Source: Mobula hypostoma (taxonomy: Eukaryota). Taken from it: DNA of 64,000 bases. The position numbers were made by a program, and so were the translations under genes. Under the pieces are notes generated by a model that was not told where the DNA came from, did no database searches, and saw nothing but the letters and a program-made list of their open reading frames with translations. Below are positions 1 through 12,106 of this stretch, in pieces (position 1 is the stretch's first letter; each line of letters opens with the position of its first letter). The stretch is from positions 248,002,001 to 248,066,000 of the forward strand of contig NC_086097.1 of the NCBI RefSeq assembly GCF_963921235.1. The letters run 5' to 3'.

Positions 1-558
1 GAACACAACTATTTCTATTTTTGCAGAACTTATTTAATTTAACTATTTTATATGCTTGCTGTAATTTACTGTTATTTTCCTATTATTATGTATTGCATTG
101 AACTGCTGTTGCAAAGTTCACAAACTTCGCGACACACGCCGGTGCTGATAAGCCTCCTTCTGATTCTGATGTTTCGATGTGCTGGTGACAAATGAAGCTA
201 ATCTTGACATCGTGGCTTGTCATCTCTTTAATCACCTCACAAACAGTGATTTCCAGGTCATTGCTGTCATGTATGCACAGAGCAAGTACGACAACAGAAG
301 AGTAAACGTACTTTTACATGAGTTAGCCTCGTTACCATGGTAAACACCAAGTAACAGACAGAGTGACAGCAATGAGAAGAGCAAACGGAGCCAGAAGTCC
401 CCATGTCCCTGAATCTGCATGCGAAGAAATATCCACCCATAGACAAGCACATTCAATCCGCTGAGCGACCAAATGACAGTTTTACATTTGGGTTCTCACC
501 ATGTTCTTGATAAGTTCAATCACCATTCATTGTCAAAGTTATGATCAAAATGTAGGTA

Positions 559-1076
559 CAGTACTGTGCGAAAGACTTAGCCACATATATTTAACTAGGA
601 TTTTTGCATCGTACTGTAGTAATTTTATGCACTGAACTGCTGCAGCAAAAAGCAACAAATTTCATGAGATATGTGAGTGATGATAAATCTGATTCTGATA
701 TGGGTCTCTATTGTGGACTGAGAATGGGAAGGGGGCAGGGAGAGGGAAATCATGGTTGGGGAAAGGGGAAGGGGGCGTGAGCATCAGAGGGACATTCTGT
801 AATGATCAATAAACCAATTGTTTGGAATCAAATGACCTTGCCTGGTGTCTCAGGGCTGGGTGTGTCTGCACCCACACCAACCCCTGGCACACCTTCTCTG
901 CCACCTGTCCCACACCCCTCCTGCAGCAATCCACCCTCACCATGCCCAAAGTCCTTTGCCCCCGCCAGATTTACAAACTCGCTCTTCGCTCCATGTTGAT
1001 AAATACAGTACTGTGCAAAAGTCTTAGGCACCCTAGATATATACACTGTTTGTGCCAAAGACTTCAGCACCATAGT
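559..1076 (+). mobile_element. Composite non-autonomous Tc1-type element (MITE), copy 1
   Basis: Mini inverted-repeat units of CAGTACTGTGCAAAAGTCTTAGGCAC type at 559-616 (TA on both sides) and 1006-~1076 bracket a ~390 bp core that recurs at 48916-49300 and 50026-50524. Confidence 0.7.
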
Positions 1077-1543
1077 TTATGTTACTATATATGACTCATT
1101 TTGCTGCAGTAATTTACAGAAACAAAAACTTACAACAGAAATTATGAAAAACTTGCATATAGACTGACAAACAACCAGTGTGCAAAAGAAGACACATTGT
1201 GCAAAATAAAATCTAATATTGAACATATATAATATACAAAATAAACCTGAGTTGTAAGGAGTCCTTGAAAGTGAGTCTGTAGGTCATAGAACGAGTTCAG
1301 TGTTGTGGTGAATGAAGTTACCCTTGCTGGTTCAGGAGCCTGATAGTTGTTCTGAACCTGGAGATGGGAGACCTGTGGATACTGTCCCTCCTGCCTGGTG
1401 GTGGTGGTGAGAAGAGAGCATGGCCTGGATGGTGGGGATTTTTAATGCTGGATTCTGCTTTCTCTACGTAAATGTACTGTGCGGTGGGAGGCTTTGCTGT
1501 ATTGATGGACTAGCTGTATTCACCCTGCTACTTGCTTCCTTTC

Positions 1544-1581
1544 CAGTTCTGACGAAGGGTCTCGGCCCGAAACATTGACTG
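1544..1581 (+). ncRNA. PLE-derived minimal type I hammerhead ribozyme motif (helix III mutated)
   Basis: cagtt-CTGACGA-A-GGGT ctcg GCCC-GAAAC-ATT-gactg: stem I, core and stem II present; the ACGT helix III palindrome has changed to ACAT. Confidence 0.7.
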
Positions 1582-2090
1582 TTCATTCATTTCCATAGAT
1601 GCTGCCTGGCTTGTAGAGTTCCTCCAGCATTTTGTGTGTGTTACTCTGGATTTCTGACATTTGCAGAATCTCTCATGTTTATGATTCACTACTTTCTGTA
1701 GTTTTTTTGTCTACTCCTGGGCATTGGTGCTTCCATACCAGGCTGTGATGCAGCCAGTTAGGATACTCTCCAATTTGCACCTGCAGACATTTGTCAAAGT
1801 TTTTGCCCAATCAACGCAAACTTCTAAGGAAGTAGAGGTCCTGCCGAGCCTTCTTTCCAATGACTCTTACTGTTTGTCCCAGGACATATCTTCTGATATG
1901 TTAATGCCAATGAATTTAAAACTACAGACCCTCTTCACCTCCATTCCTCTCATGAGGACTGGCTCATGGACCTCAGGCTTGTTCCTGATAGCTAGAGTTC
2001 GCTGTTTGGTTTTGCTGACATTGAGTGAGAGGTTGTTGTTATGGCAACACTCAGCCAGATTTTCAATCTCCCTCCTGCAGTGTATGCTGA

Positions 2091-2459
2091 CTCTCTGACG
2101 GTGGTGTCTGAAAAGAGGATGCTGTCCAAGTTGCATGCCATCTTGGACAATGTCTCCCATCCACTACATAATGTACCGGTTGGGCACAGGAGTACATTCA
2201 GCCAGAGACTCATTCCACCGAGATGCAGCACAGAGCGTCATAGGAAGTCATTCCTGCCTGTGGCCATCAAACTTTACAACTCCTCCCTTGGAGGGTCAGA
2301 CACCCTGAGCCAATAGGCTGGTCCTGGACTTATTTCTGGCATAATTTACATATTATTATTTACCTATTTATGGTTTTATATGGCTATATTTATACTCTAT
2401 TCTTGGTTGGTGCAACTGTAACGAACCCAATTTCCCTTGGGATCAATAAAGTATGTCTG

Positions 2460-2504
<45 letters not shown>
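2091..2504 (+). mobile_element. 3' end of a young Rex1/Babar-type LINE with (TCTA)n tail
   Basis: Peptide ILDNVSHPLH...RCSTERHRKSFLPVAIKLYNS*, 3' UTR ending gggatcaataaagta, then (TCTA)n at about 2455-2504; same family as 27165-27772. Confidence 0.75.
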
Positions 2505-2721
2505 TTTTGATTTGGCAAACAGTGGTGTTGTCAGTAAACTTAACTACAGCGTTGGAGTTGTACATAGCCCCACAATCATTGGTATAACGTGAGTAAAGCA
2601 GGGAGATAAGCACACATGATTGAGTACATTTTATCGTGCATGGTTATATTGTAGTGCATTCTTCTTGTGCAAGTTTTGCTTCTCTCTGGTTTTGTGACCG
2701 TGCTTTTTGTTTACCAAACAG

Positions 2722-2784
2722 GTCCAGGTGGTCGGACTGTACACCAGAGAAGGATTTCATGAAAGCTTTGACTGCCCTATCAAA
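2722..2784 (+). CDS. VPS41: VPS41 internal coding exon A (63 nt, phase 0/0): VQVVGLYTREGFHESFDCPIK
   Basis: Acceptor ttaccaaacag, donor gtaagt; peptide matches recalled human VPS41 VQVFGLYSGEEFHETFDCPIK (WD40 region). Confidence 0.95.
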
Positions 2785-3609
2785 GTAAGTGTATTGAAAT
2801 CATAATCTGTTGATAAACTCTACTCATTGCCCCATTCATATCTCAGTTTGCTGTCTTCTAAATCATTACTGGTTGTATGTGTCCTTGCTATATCAAGAGT
2901 TTTCAAACACACAATTGAGGTGGAAACCGTGCCATCTCAAAGGACAATGGGTGATGATGGTCATCATCACAAGCCTGGGCAGAAGGAATGGAGATCCTGA
3001 GAAGCCCAATTGTCTAGATCCCCCTCTCAGCCTCACCAGTGTAGTCCAAAGGAAAGCTTATGAAGCAATACATTTGGCACCAGCTTGGCTGCAGGAGCTG
3101 CCGGAAGGATGGTCAACGACGTCCAGCCACCTTAGGGGCTCCAGTCCGGATTTGCTGTCTGGGTTTACTCCCGTAGCCTTCGTCTTTCCCGCAGCTGCCC
3201 ACAAGGTAGTGGGGCTATTTACCCATAGCTGGAGATCTGGTTCACACACACCAGGTCGAGTCCACACACCAGTGGGCCTGCGTGCTACGTGTGCAGGGGC
3301 CAGACCTCCTCCTCTGTAGTTCAGCCTGTGTCCGAAAGGAGTTCAGTTTCCGTGTGTCGCCAGCGAGGAGGCACTACATGAGGCTTGCTGTTGGAGAGGC
3401 TGTGTACTGACAGGGAGAGACTGACACATTCAAATCTCCTTTTCACAAGACTGCCAGCCAGCGGTGGAAGCTGAAAGTGAGAGCGATAAGCACTACCCAC
3501 TACACTACCATACTAGACGCATCACGACAACCGTTTTGACTCCATTTTTAGTAGAAAGCTATTATGACGACATTCCCGACTGACCATTTTAACAAACTTG
3601 GTTAGTTAA

Positions 3610-3965
3610 TTATCATCATTATGTACCGTGTCATATGACGTAGGCGATCATGGTCTCATGACCAAGATTGTTCTTGTTAAATTTTTCCATAGAAGTGGTT
3701 TGCCATTGCTGCCTTCTGGGCAGTGTCTTTATAAGACAGTGTCTTCAGAGATTGTCTGCCTGGTGCTAGTGATGACATAACCAAGGACTTGTGATCTGCA
3801 CCGGCTGCTCATACGACCGTTCACCACCTGCTCCCGTGGCTTCACGTGACCCTGATTAGGGGGGGTGGGGGGTTAAGCAGGTGCTACACCTCGCCCAAGG
3901 GTGACCTGAAGGCTAGTGGAGGGAAGGAGCTCCTTTGGTAGGGACATAGCTCCACCCAGCCACTG
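3610..3965. repeat. Interspersed SINE-like repeat (second copy at ~36900-37295)
   Basis: Two colinear copies in the window starting ttatcatcattatgt..cgtgtcatatga; family not identified. Confidence 0.65.
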
Positions 3966-4510
3966 ATGGTCTTTAGTAGAATGTCCTTATGACAACATCC
4001 CCTACCAACCATTTTAACAAAATTTGTTAGACATGGCTGTTTTAATGGTTTGACTTTTAAAAAATGCAGAGAACAAGTGGTAAGTGAGATTGGAATAGGT
4101 CAGTGGACCATAAGACGTGGGAGCAAAATTAGGCCATTTGACCCATCAGGTCTGCTCTGCCATTCCATTGTGGTTTATTTATTATCCCTCTCAATTCCAT
4201 TCTTCTGCCTTTTTTTTCCGGTAGACCTTTGACACCCTTATGAATCAAGAATCTATTCATCTCTGCCATAAATATACATAAAGACTTGGCCTCCACAGCT
4301 GCCTGTGGCAATGAATTCCACAGATTAACCACTCTCTGGCTAAAGAAATTCCTCCTCATTTCTCTGCTAAAGGGACGTCCATGTATTCTGAGTCTGTGCC
4401 CTCCGGTCCTAGACTATAAGAAACATCCTCTCAGCGTCCACTCTACTTCGGCCTTTTTCATTAGTACCATTATTAAAGGATCACTTTATTCACCATATAC
4501 ATTTATATTT

Positions 4511-6764
4511 ATCTCCTGTTAGGAAACGAGTTAGGACAAGTGATGGAAGTCTGTGTGGGGGAGCACTTTGGTTCCAGTGATCATAACACCATTAGTTTCA
4601 ACTTGGTCATGGACAAGGATAGATTTGGTCTTAGGGTTGAGGTTCTGAACTGGAAGAAGGCCAAATTTGAAGAAGTGAGAAAGGATCTAAAAAGCGTGGA
4701 TTGGGACAGGTTGTTCTCTGGCAAAGATGTGGTCGGTAGATGGGAAGCCTTCAAAGGAGAAATTTTGAGAGTGCAGACTTTGTATGTTCCTGTCAGGATT
4801 AAAGGCAAAGTGAATAGGAATAAGGAACCTTGGTTCTCAAGGGATATTGCAACTCTGATGAAGAAGAAGAGGGAGTTGTATGAAATGTATAGGAAACAGG
4901 GAGTAAATAAGGTGCTTGAGGAGTATAAGAAGTGCAAGAAAATACTTAAGAAAGAGAGCAAAAGGATTGTAAGGGATAAAATTGGTCCTCTTGAAGATCA
5001 GAGTGGTCGGCTATGTGCGGAACCAAAGGAAATGGGGGAGATCTTAAATAGGTTTTTTGCGTCTGTATTTACTAAGGAAACTGGCATGAAGTCTGTGGAA
5101 TTAAGGGAAACAAGTAGTGAGATCATGGAAACTGTACAGATCGAAAAGGAGGAGGTCCTTGCTGTCTTGAGGAAAATTAAAGTGGATAAATCCCCGGGAC
5201 CTGACAGGGTGTTCCCTCGGACCTTGAAAGAGACTAGTGTTGATATTGTAGGGGCCCTGGCAGAAATATTTAAAATGTTGCTGTCTACAGGTGAGGTGCC
5301 GGAGGATTGGAGAGTGGCTCATGTTGTTCCGTTGTTTAAAAAAGGATCAAAAAGTAATCCGGGAAATTATAGGCCGGTAAGTTTAACGTCGGTAGTAGGT
5401 AAGTTATTGGAGGGAGTACTAAGAGACAGAATCTACACGCATTTGGATAGACAGGGACTTATTAGGGAGAGTCAACATAGCTTTGTGCGTGGTAGGTCAT
5501 GTTTGACCAACCTGTTGGAGTTTTTCGAGGAGGTTACCAAGAAAGTGGATAAAGGGAAAACAGTGGATATTGTCTACATAGACTTCAGTAAGGCCTTTGA
5601 CAAGGTCCTGCATGGGAGGTTAGTTAGGAAAATTCAGTTGCTAGGTATACATGGAGAGGTGGTAATTTGGATCAGACATTGGCTCAATGGAAAAAGCCAA
5701 AGAGTGGTAGTAGAGAATTGCTTCTCCGAGTGGAGGCCTGTGACTAGTGGTATGCCACAGGGATCAGTGCTGGGTCCATTGTTATTTGTCATCTATATCA
5801 ATGATCTGGATGATAATGTGGTAAATTGGATCAGCAAATTTGCTGATGATACAAAGATTGGAGGTGTAGTAGACAGTGAGGAAGGTTTTCAGAGCCTGCA
5901 GAGGGACTTGGACCAGCTGGAAAAATGGGCTGAAAAATGGCAGATGGAGTTTAATACAGACAAGTGTGAGGTATTGCATGTTGGAAGGACAAACCAAGGT
6001 AGAACATACAGGGTTAATGGTAAGACACTGAGGAGTGCAGTAGAACAGAGGGATCTGGGAATACAGATACAAAATTCCCTAAAAGTGGCATCACAGGTAG
6101 ATAGGGTCGTAAAGAGAGCTTTTGGTACATTGGCCTTTATTAATCAAGGTATTGAGTATAAGAGCTGGAATGTTATGATGAGGTTGTATAAGGCATTGGT
6201 GAGGCCGAATCTGGAGTATTGTGTTCAGTTTCGGTCACCAAATTACAGGAAGTATATAAATAAGATTGAAAGAGTGCAGAGAAGGTTTACAAGGATGTTG
6301 CCGGGACTTGAAAAACTCAGTTACAGAGAAAGGTTGAATAGGTTAGGACTTTATTCCCTGGAGCGTAGAAGAATGAGGGGAGATTTGATAGAGGTATATA
6401 AAATTATGATGGGTATAGATAGAGTGAATGCAAGCAGGCTTTTTCCACTGAGGCAAGGGGAGAAAAAAACCAGAGGACATAGGTTAAGGGCGAGGGGGGA
6501 AAAGTTTATAGGGAACATTAGGGGGGGCGCTTCTTCACACAGAGAGTGGTGGGAGTATGGAATGAGCTGCCAGATGAGATGGTAAATGCGGCTTCTTTTT
6601 TAACATTTAAGAATAAATTGGACAGATACATGGATGGGAGGTGTATGGAGGGATATGGTCCGTGTGCAGGTCAGTGGGACTAGGCAGAAAATGGTTCGGC
6701 ACAGCCAAGAAGGGCCAAAAGGCCTGTTTCTGTGCTGTAGTTTTTCTATGGTTTCTATGGTTTC
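4511..6764 (+). mobile_element. 5'-truncated young CR1 LINE with a 681-aa open ORF2 segment (RT)
   Basis: ORF 4540-6585 contains [39 protein letters not shown] and RPNLEYC; 3' tail (tttctatgg)n; most of the endonuclease domain is missing; frameshift in a G-run near 6521-6527. Confidence 0.95.
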
Positions 6765-7029
6765 TTATTAGGAATTTACTATGAGGTGTTGGCGAGATAT
6801 GCACAAAAGACAACAACATTCAACAACGATAAAGAACTTCATTAAAAATCAAGTTAGTAGTATAGATATTAAAAATTTATCGTCCAAGAGAGTATGCGGC
6901 ATACAACCCTGAGATTCATCTTTGGTTTGGAGCAAAATGTGCAAAAACACAGAAATAAAATAAAATGTTCGGTTGCATATATTCTTCACATTGTATGCTC
7001 TTCCATTTGTTTTCCAATAACCTGAGTAA

Positions 7030-7475
7030 CACATACACAATGTTGGAGGAACTCAGCAGGTCAGGCAGCATTTACAGGGGGTGGGGGGGCAATAAACTGT
7101 TGATGTTTTGAATAGATACCCTTCATTGGGACTGGAAGGGAAGGAGAAAGCAGCCAGAATAAGAAGTTGGGGGGAAGGTTAAGGTGTACAAGCAAGAAGG
7201 TAATAGGTAAAGCCAGTTGAGGGGGCAGAGAGGAGAGGGGTTACGAAATGAGAAGCTGGGAGGTGATAGGTGGAAAAAAGTGAAGGTAGATGAAGGGGTG
7301 AAGAAGAAAGAATAGGAGAAGAGAATGGACCAAGGGAGAAAGGGAAGGATAAGGGAAACCGGGGGAGGAGATAGACAGGTCAGGAGATAGAAGAGGTAAG
7401 AATGGAGATGAAGTGGGGAATTCAAGAAGAGGGAAGGCAAGTGGAAAAAAAATTAATGGAAGGAGAAATCGATAA
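7030..7475 (-). mobile_element. Penelope-like element terminal-repeat fragment
   Basis: Colinear with 42849-43270 (ggaggaactcagcaggtcaggcagcat..., purine-rich tract, degenerate hammerhead at ~7097-7135). Confidence 0.7.
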
Positions 7476-7477
7476 GG

Positions 7478-7800
7478 TTGGTGGCTTGACGATCTTAAAT
7501 GCATCCGTTAGTATTGCAAGACCATGGATCTGCTCCTGGAAAGTCTTCACTCTCCAGGACACAGGCCTGGGCAAGGTTGTATGGAAGACCGGCAGTTGCC
7601 CATGCTGCAAGTCTCTCCTCTCCATGACACCAATGTTGTCCAAGGGAAGGGCATTAGGACCCATACAGCTTGGCACCGGTGTCGTGGCAGAGCAATGTGT
7701 GATTAAGTGCCTTGCTCAAGGACACAACACGTTGCCTTGGCTGGGGCTCGAACTCACAACCTTCAGGTAGCTAGTCCAATGCCTTAACCACTTGGCCACA
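7478..7800 (-). mobile_element. tRNA-derived SINE
   Basis: Minus strand begins tgTGGCCAAGTGGttaagg...GAGTTCGAGCCcc (Pol III A and B boxes), followed by a non-tRNA body (gtgtccttgagcaaggcactt). Confidence 0.75.
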
Positions 7801-7818
7801 TGGCCACATGAAGATCTA

Positions 7819-9587
7819 CATTGCCTATAAAACGTATTCACCCCCCTTGAACGTTTTCATGTTTTATTGCTTTACAACATTGCATCACAGTGGATTTAAT
7901 TTGGCTGTTGTTGACACTGATCATCAGAAAAAGACTCTTTTGTGTCAGAGTGAAAACAGATCTCTACAAAGTGATCTAAATTAACTACAAATATAAAGCA
8001 CAAAATAATTGATTCATAAGAATTCACTCCTATTAATATGACACCCCAAATCATCACCTGTGCAGCCAATTGGTTTTAGAAGTCACATAAGTTAAATGGA
8101 GGTCACCTGTGTGCAGTCAAGGTGTTTCAATTGACTGTAGTAAAAATACACCTGTATCTGAAATGACCAAGTACTGGTGAGTATCCTGGCAAAAACTACA
8201 CCATGAAGACAAAAGAACACTCCATGTAACTCCACAAAAAGGCTATTGAAAAGCACAAGTCAGGAGAGGATTCAAGAAAATTTCCAATTCATTGAATATC
8301 CCTTGGAGTACAGTTAAGTCAATCATCAAGAAATGGAAGTCTATGGCACTAATGTACGTTTGTAAATCTGCTTAAAGCAGGCCGTCCTCAACAAAATGAG
8401 TGGCCTGACCGTGCAAGAAGGGGAGGCCACTGAGAGACTTACAACAACTCAGGAGGAGTTACAAGCTTCAGTGGCTGAGATGGGAGACACTGTGCATACA
8501 GCTGTTGCCCGGGTGCTTCACCAGTCGCAGCTTTATGGGAGAGTGGCAAAGAGAAGGCCACTGTTGGAAAAAAAACTCACATGAAATCTTGGCTAGAGTT
8601 TGCCAGAAGGTATGTGGGAGATTCTGAGGTCAGCTGGAAGAAGGTTTTATGGCCTGGTGAAACCAAAATTGAGCTTTTTGGCCATCAGATTAAACACAAT
8701 GTTTGGCATAAGCCAAGCACCACACATAATTAAAGACATTCCATCCCTACCATGGAGCACGGTGGTGGCTGCATCATGTTCTGGTGATACTTCACTGCAG
8801 CAGGGCCTGGAAGGCTTGTGAAGGTAGAGGGTAAAACGAATGCAGCAAAATACAGGGAAATCCTGGAGGAAAACCTGATGCAGTCTGCAAGAGAACTGCG
8901 ACTTTGGAGAAGGTTTGTTTTCCAGCAAGATAATGACCCCAAGCATTAAGCCAGAGCTACACAGGAATGGCTTGGAAAGAACAAAGTTAATAGCCTGGAG
9001 AGGCCAAGTCAGAGTCCAGACCTCACTCCAATTGAGAGTTTGAGACTGGACTTGAAAAGGGCTGTTCACTCATGATCCTCATGCAATCTGACAGAGTTTG
9101 AACAGTTTTGTAAAGAAGAATGGGGAAAAATTGCAGTGTCCAGATGTGCAAATCTGATGGAGATCTATCCACACAGACTCGAGGCTGTAATTGCACCAAA
9201 GGTGCATCTACTAAACACTGACTTGAAGGGGGTGAATACTTCTGCAATCAACTATTTTGTGTTTAATAATTGTAATAACTTTAGAGCAATTTGTAGAGAT
9301 CCTGCCAAAGGGTCACTGCCTGAAACGTTGTCTGTACTTTTTTTCATAGATGCTGCCTGGTCTGCTGAGTTCCTCTAGCATTTTGTGTGTGTTGCTCGGA
9401 TTTCCAGCATCCGCAGATTTTCTCATGTTTGTAGAGATCTGTATTCACTTTGACACGAACGAGTCTTTTCTGTTGATCAGTGTCAAAAAAGCCAAATTAA
9501 ACTCATTGTGATTCAATGTTGTAAAACAATAAAACTTGAAAACTTCCTGGGGGCGGGGGAGGGTGTGAATACTTTTCATAGGCACTG
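7819..9587 (+). mobile_element. Full-length but inactivated Tc1-family DNA transposon
   Basis: TA on both sides (7817-7818, 9588-9589); long TIRs (cattgcctataaaa.gtattcac... / ...gtgaatacttttcataggcactg); disrupted transposase ~8203-9221 with HGGGCIM, FQQDNDPKH and [10 protein letters not shown]; first catalytic motif reads WPGETK. Confidence 0.92.
9302..9427 (+). mobile_element. Short PLE-derived insertion in the right TIR of the Tc1
   Basis: 12-bp TSD tttgtagagatc at 9290-9301 and 9428-9439; body is a degenerate hammerhead followed by gatgctgcctgg..tgctgagttcct. Confidence 0.85.
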
Positions 9588-10459
9588 TATATAATTTCAT
9601 TTTTTGTTTACTTTGTACTACCTCAATGCACTGTATGAATATTATGCAAGACAAGCTTTTCACTGTATCTCCGCACGTGTTCAAGGTTCAAAATAAATTA
9701 ATAATCAAGGTACATAGACTCAGTGGCCACTTTATTAGGTACCTCCTGTAAGGTGAGGAGAAGAGAAGGGGTAAGAGCCTCTTACCTCTGGAGGGGAATG
9801 GAAGAAGAGAGAAGGGGAAGGGAGAAAAGTTGCTGGAGGTTAGTAAAATGGTGAATGCTGTAAGTTGGCTCCCATTCTTGTGTTGCTACCCCTCCTTGCT
9901 ATGGCTGTGCTGATTAAAGTTACTGAATTTAGAACCTCCCCATGTTAGGGATTTCTCAGAAGGAGCTTACTTTGTGCCATTCGTCATTGTACCCTTGAGG
10001 CTCGTAAGAGTTTTATCGATTTTCAATCTTGTAAAAAGCTGGAAGTCTATTGAAGAAAAGCTAATTTGTAACCACCGTGTCATAATAGAGAAGGCTTGTA
10101 ATTTGGTGATTAATTCAAAAAAATTTCTGTAAACATCCATCTCCTGCTCATGTATATACCTCATGTAGCTGTAATTGGTTAAATAAGTGGACGATATGAC
10201 CACTTCTCTAACCCCCTGGCTGGATTTGAGGAAAGGAGGAATGGGGCTTGTTTTGATGTGGTTTTGTTGCTTGTCGTGTTCTGTGTTGTTCTGCACAGTG
10301 TTGGGGCATGCTACGTTAACACTGGGAAGTGCAGCCACACTTGTGGGCAAACCCAGCACATCCTTTGACATCTAGATTGTTGTTACAAATGCTGCATTTC
10401 ACTGTATGTTTTGATATACAGGTTCATATTCAGATTTGTTTATCAAATGTACATTGAAA

Positions 10460-10632
10460 TTCATCACCTGCGAATCTGCTGGGGTCGTCTGTTGTGTTCA
10501 GAGTTCCTGGTGCGGCTTCCTCTACTTTGGTGAGACCCTTCATAAATTGGGGGACTGCTTTGTCAAGCACCTCCACACCATCTGCCACAAGCAGAGCTTC
10601 CTGGTGGCCGGAATTTTAAATTCCGATTCCCA
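10460..10632 (+). mobile_element. PLE GIY-YIG endonuclease fragment
   Basis: TCESAGVVCCVQSSWCGFLYFGET is homologous to TCESAGVIYCVRCSRCGLVYIGET at 44260-44340 (minus strand). Confidence 0.75.
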
Positions 10633-12106
10633 ATTATTCTGAGTGGTGTAATAGCAACAACCTCTCACTCAATGTCAACAAGATGAAGGAACTGCTTCTA
10701 GACCTGTGGAGAGGGGAACCAGTGGTCCATGAGCCAATAAACATCAAAGGTGGAGAGGGTCAGTAACTTTAAATTCCTGGGTGTCACTATTTCCCGGACC
10801 TATCATATAAATATAATTGCAAAGAAAGTACAACATTGCCTCTACTTCTTCAGGAATCTGCAGAGATTTGGCATGTCATCAAAAACCTTGGCAAATTTCT
10901 ATAGATGTGTGGTGGAAAGTATGCTGACTGGATGCATTATGGAATGGTATGGGAACATACCCTTTGGGTCACAATGTTGTGCCAACTATGTAAAATTGCG
11001 TAGAATTTCTCTATCGCATAGCCCTCTATTTTTCTAAGCTCCATTTAAGAGTCTCTTAAAAGACCCTGTTGTATCTGCCTCTACCACCATCACTGGCAGT
11101 GCATTCCACACACCCACCACTCTCTGTGTGAAAAAAACTTACCTCTGACATTCCCTCAGTACCTATTTCCAAGCATCTTAAAACTATGCCCCCTTGTGTT
11201 AGTCATTTCAGCCCTGGGAAAAAGACTCTGGCTATCCACACGATCAATGCATCTTGTACACCTGTATCGGGTCACCTCTCACCCTCTGTCGCTCCAAGGG
11301 GAAAAGGCAGAGTTCACTCAGCCTATTCTCGTAAGGCATGCTCCCCAATCCAGGCAACATCCTTGTAAATCTCTTTGTAAATTAGTCTGTGTGGTGTAAT
11401 AACAGCTACCTCTCGCTCAATGTCAACAAGACGAAGGAACTGATTCTAGACTTGTGGAGAGGGGAACCAGTGGTCCACGAGCCAATAAACTATCAGAGGG
11501 TCAAAGGTAGAGAGGGTCAGTAACTTTAAATTCCTCTCTCTATAGTATCCACATCTATCTATGTCGTGAGGTGACCAGAACTGAACACAGTACTCCCAAG
11601 TGGGGTCTAACTAAGGTCTTATATAGCTGCAACATACTCTCACGGCTCTTGAACTCAATCTGTGAATCTGTGGAACGCTCTGCCACAGACTGCAGAAGTG
11701 GCCAAGTCTGTGGGTATATTTAAAGTGGTAGTTGATTGTTTCCTGATCAGTCAGGGCATCAAAGGATATGGCGAGAAAGCAGGTGTTGGGTTGATTGGGA
11801 TCTGGGATCAGCCATGATGGAATGGCGAAGCAGAGTCGATGGGCTGAATGGCCTAATTCTGCTCTTATGTCTTATGGTCTAAGCCCCTTTGCCATTCCTC
11901 TCACACACCTAGACAGGCGAAGATTAGAAATGTTAGCTCTGTCACACTTATATTGATTCATGTAGTGAAATGTGTCATTTTCATCAACAACAAACACAGT
12001 CAGAGGCTGTGCTGTACATGTGATAAATCAGCTTGAATCTTGAATTAATTTGAACAGTGCAAGAAAAGCTTTTCTCTGACGGCATCTATATCGTCAAAAA
12101 ACCTGT

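Larger units (their letters stand above)
1100..2620 (-). mobile_element. Decayed Rex1/Babar-type LINE fragments, hosting younger insertions
   Basis: Minus-strand peptide ENLAECCHNNNLSLNVSKTK...EVKRVCSFKFIGINISEDMSW is typical of the RT C-terminus of this clade. Confidence 0.65.

Noticed and set aside
2810..3319. 169-aa ORF after exon A
   Set aside because: No recognisable domain; it starts in intron sequence at TTG and overlaps what looks like a retroelement-derived repeat (possibly RTE-related, not confirmed).
4540..6585. Host gene, retron or domesticated reverse transcriptase
   Set aside because: It is a typical 5'-truncated CR1 with its 3' UTR and microsatellite tail; the GTG start is incidental and the C-terminus is frameshifted.
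7740..7800. tRNA gene on the minus strand
   Set aside because: A and B boxes are present, but no acceptor stem or terminator is evident and the sequence continues into a SINE body.
8203..9221. Active Tc1 transposase
   Set aside because: Multiple stops and frameshifts, an altered first catalytic motif (WPGETK) and an interrupted right TIR.
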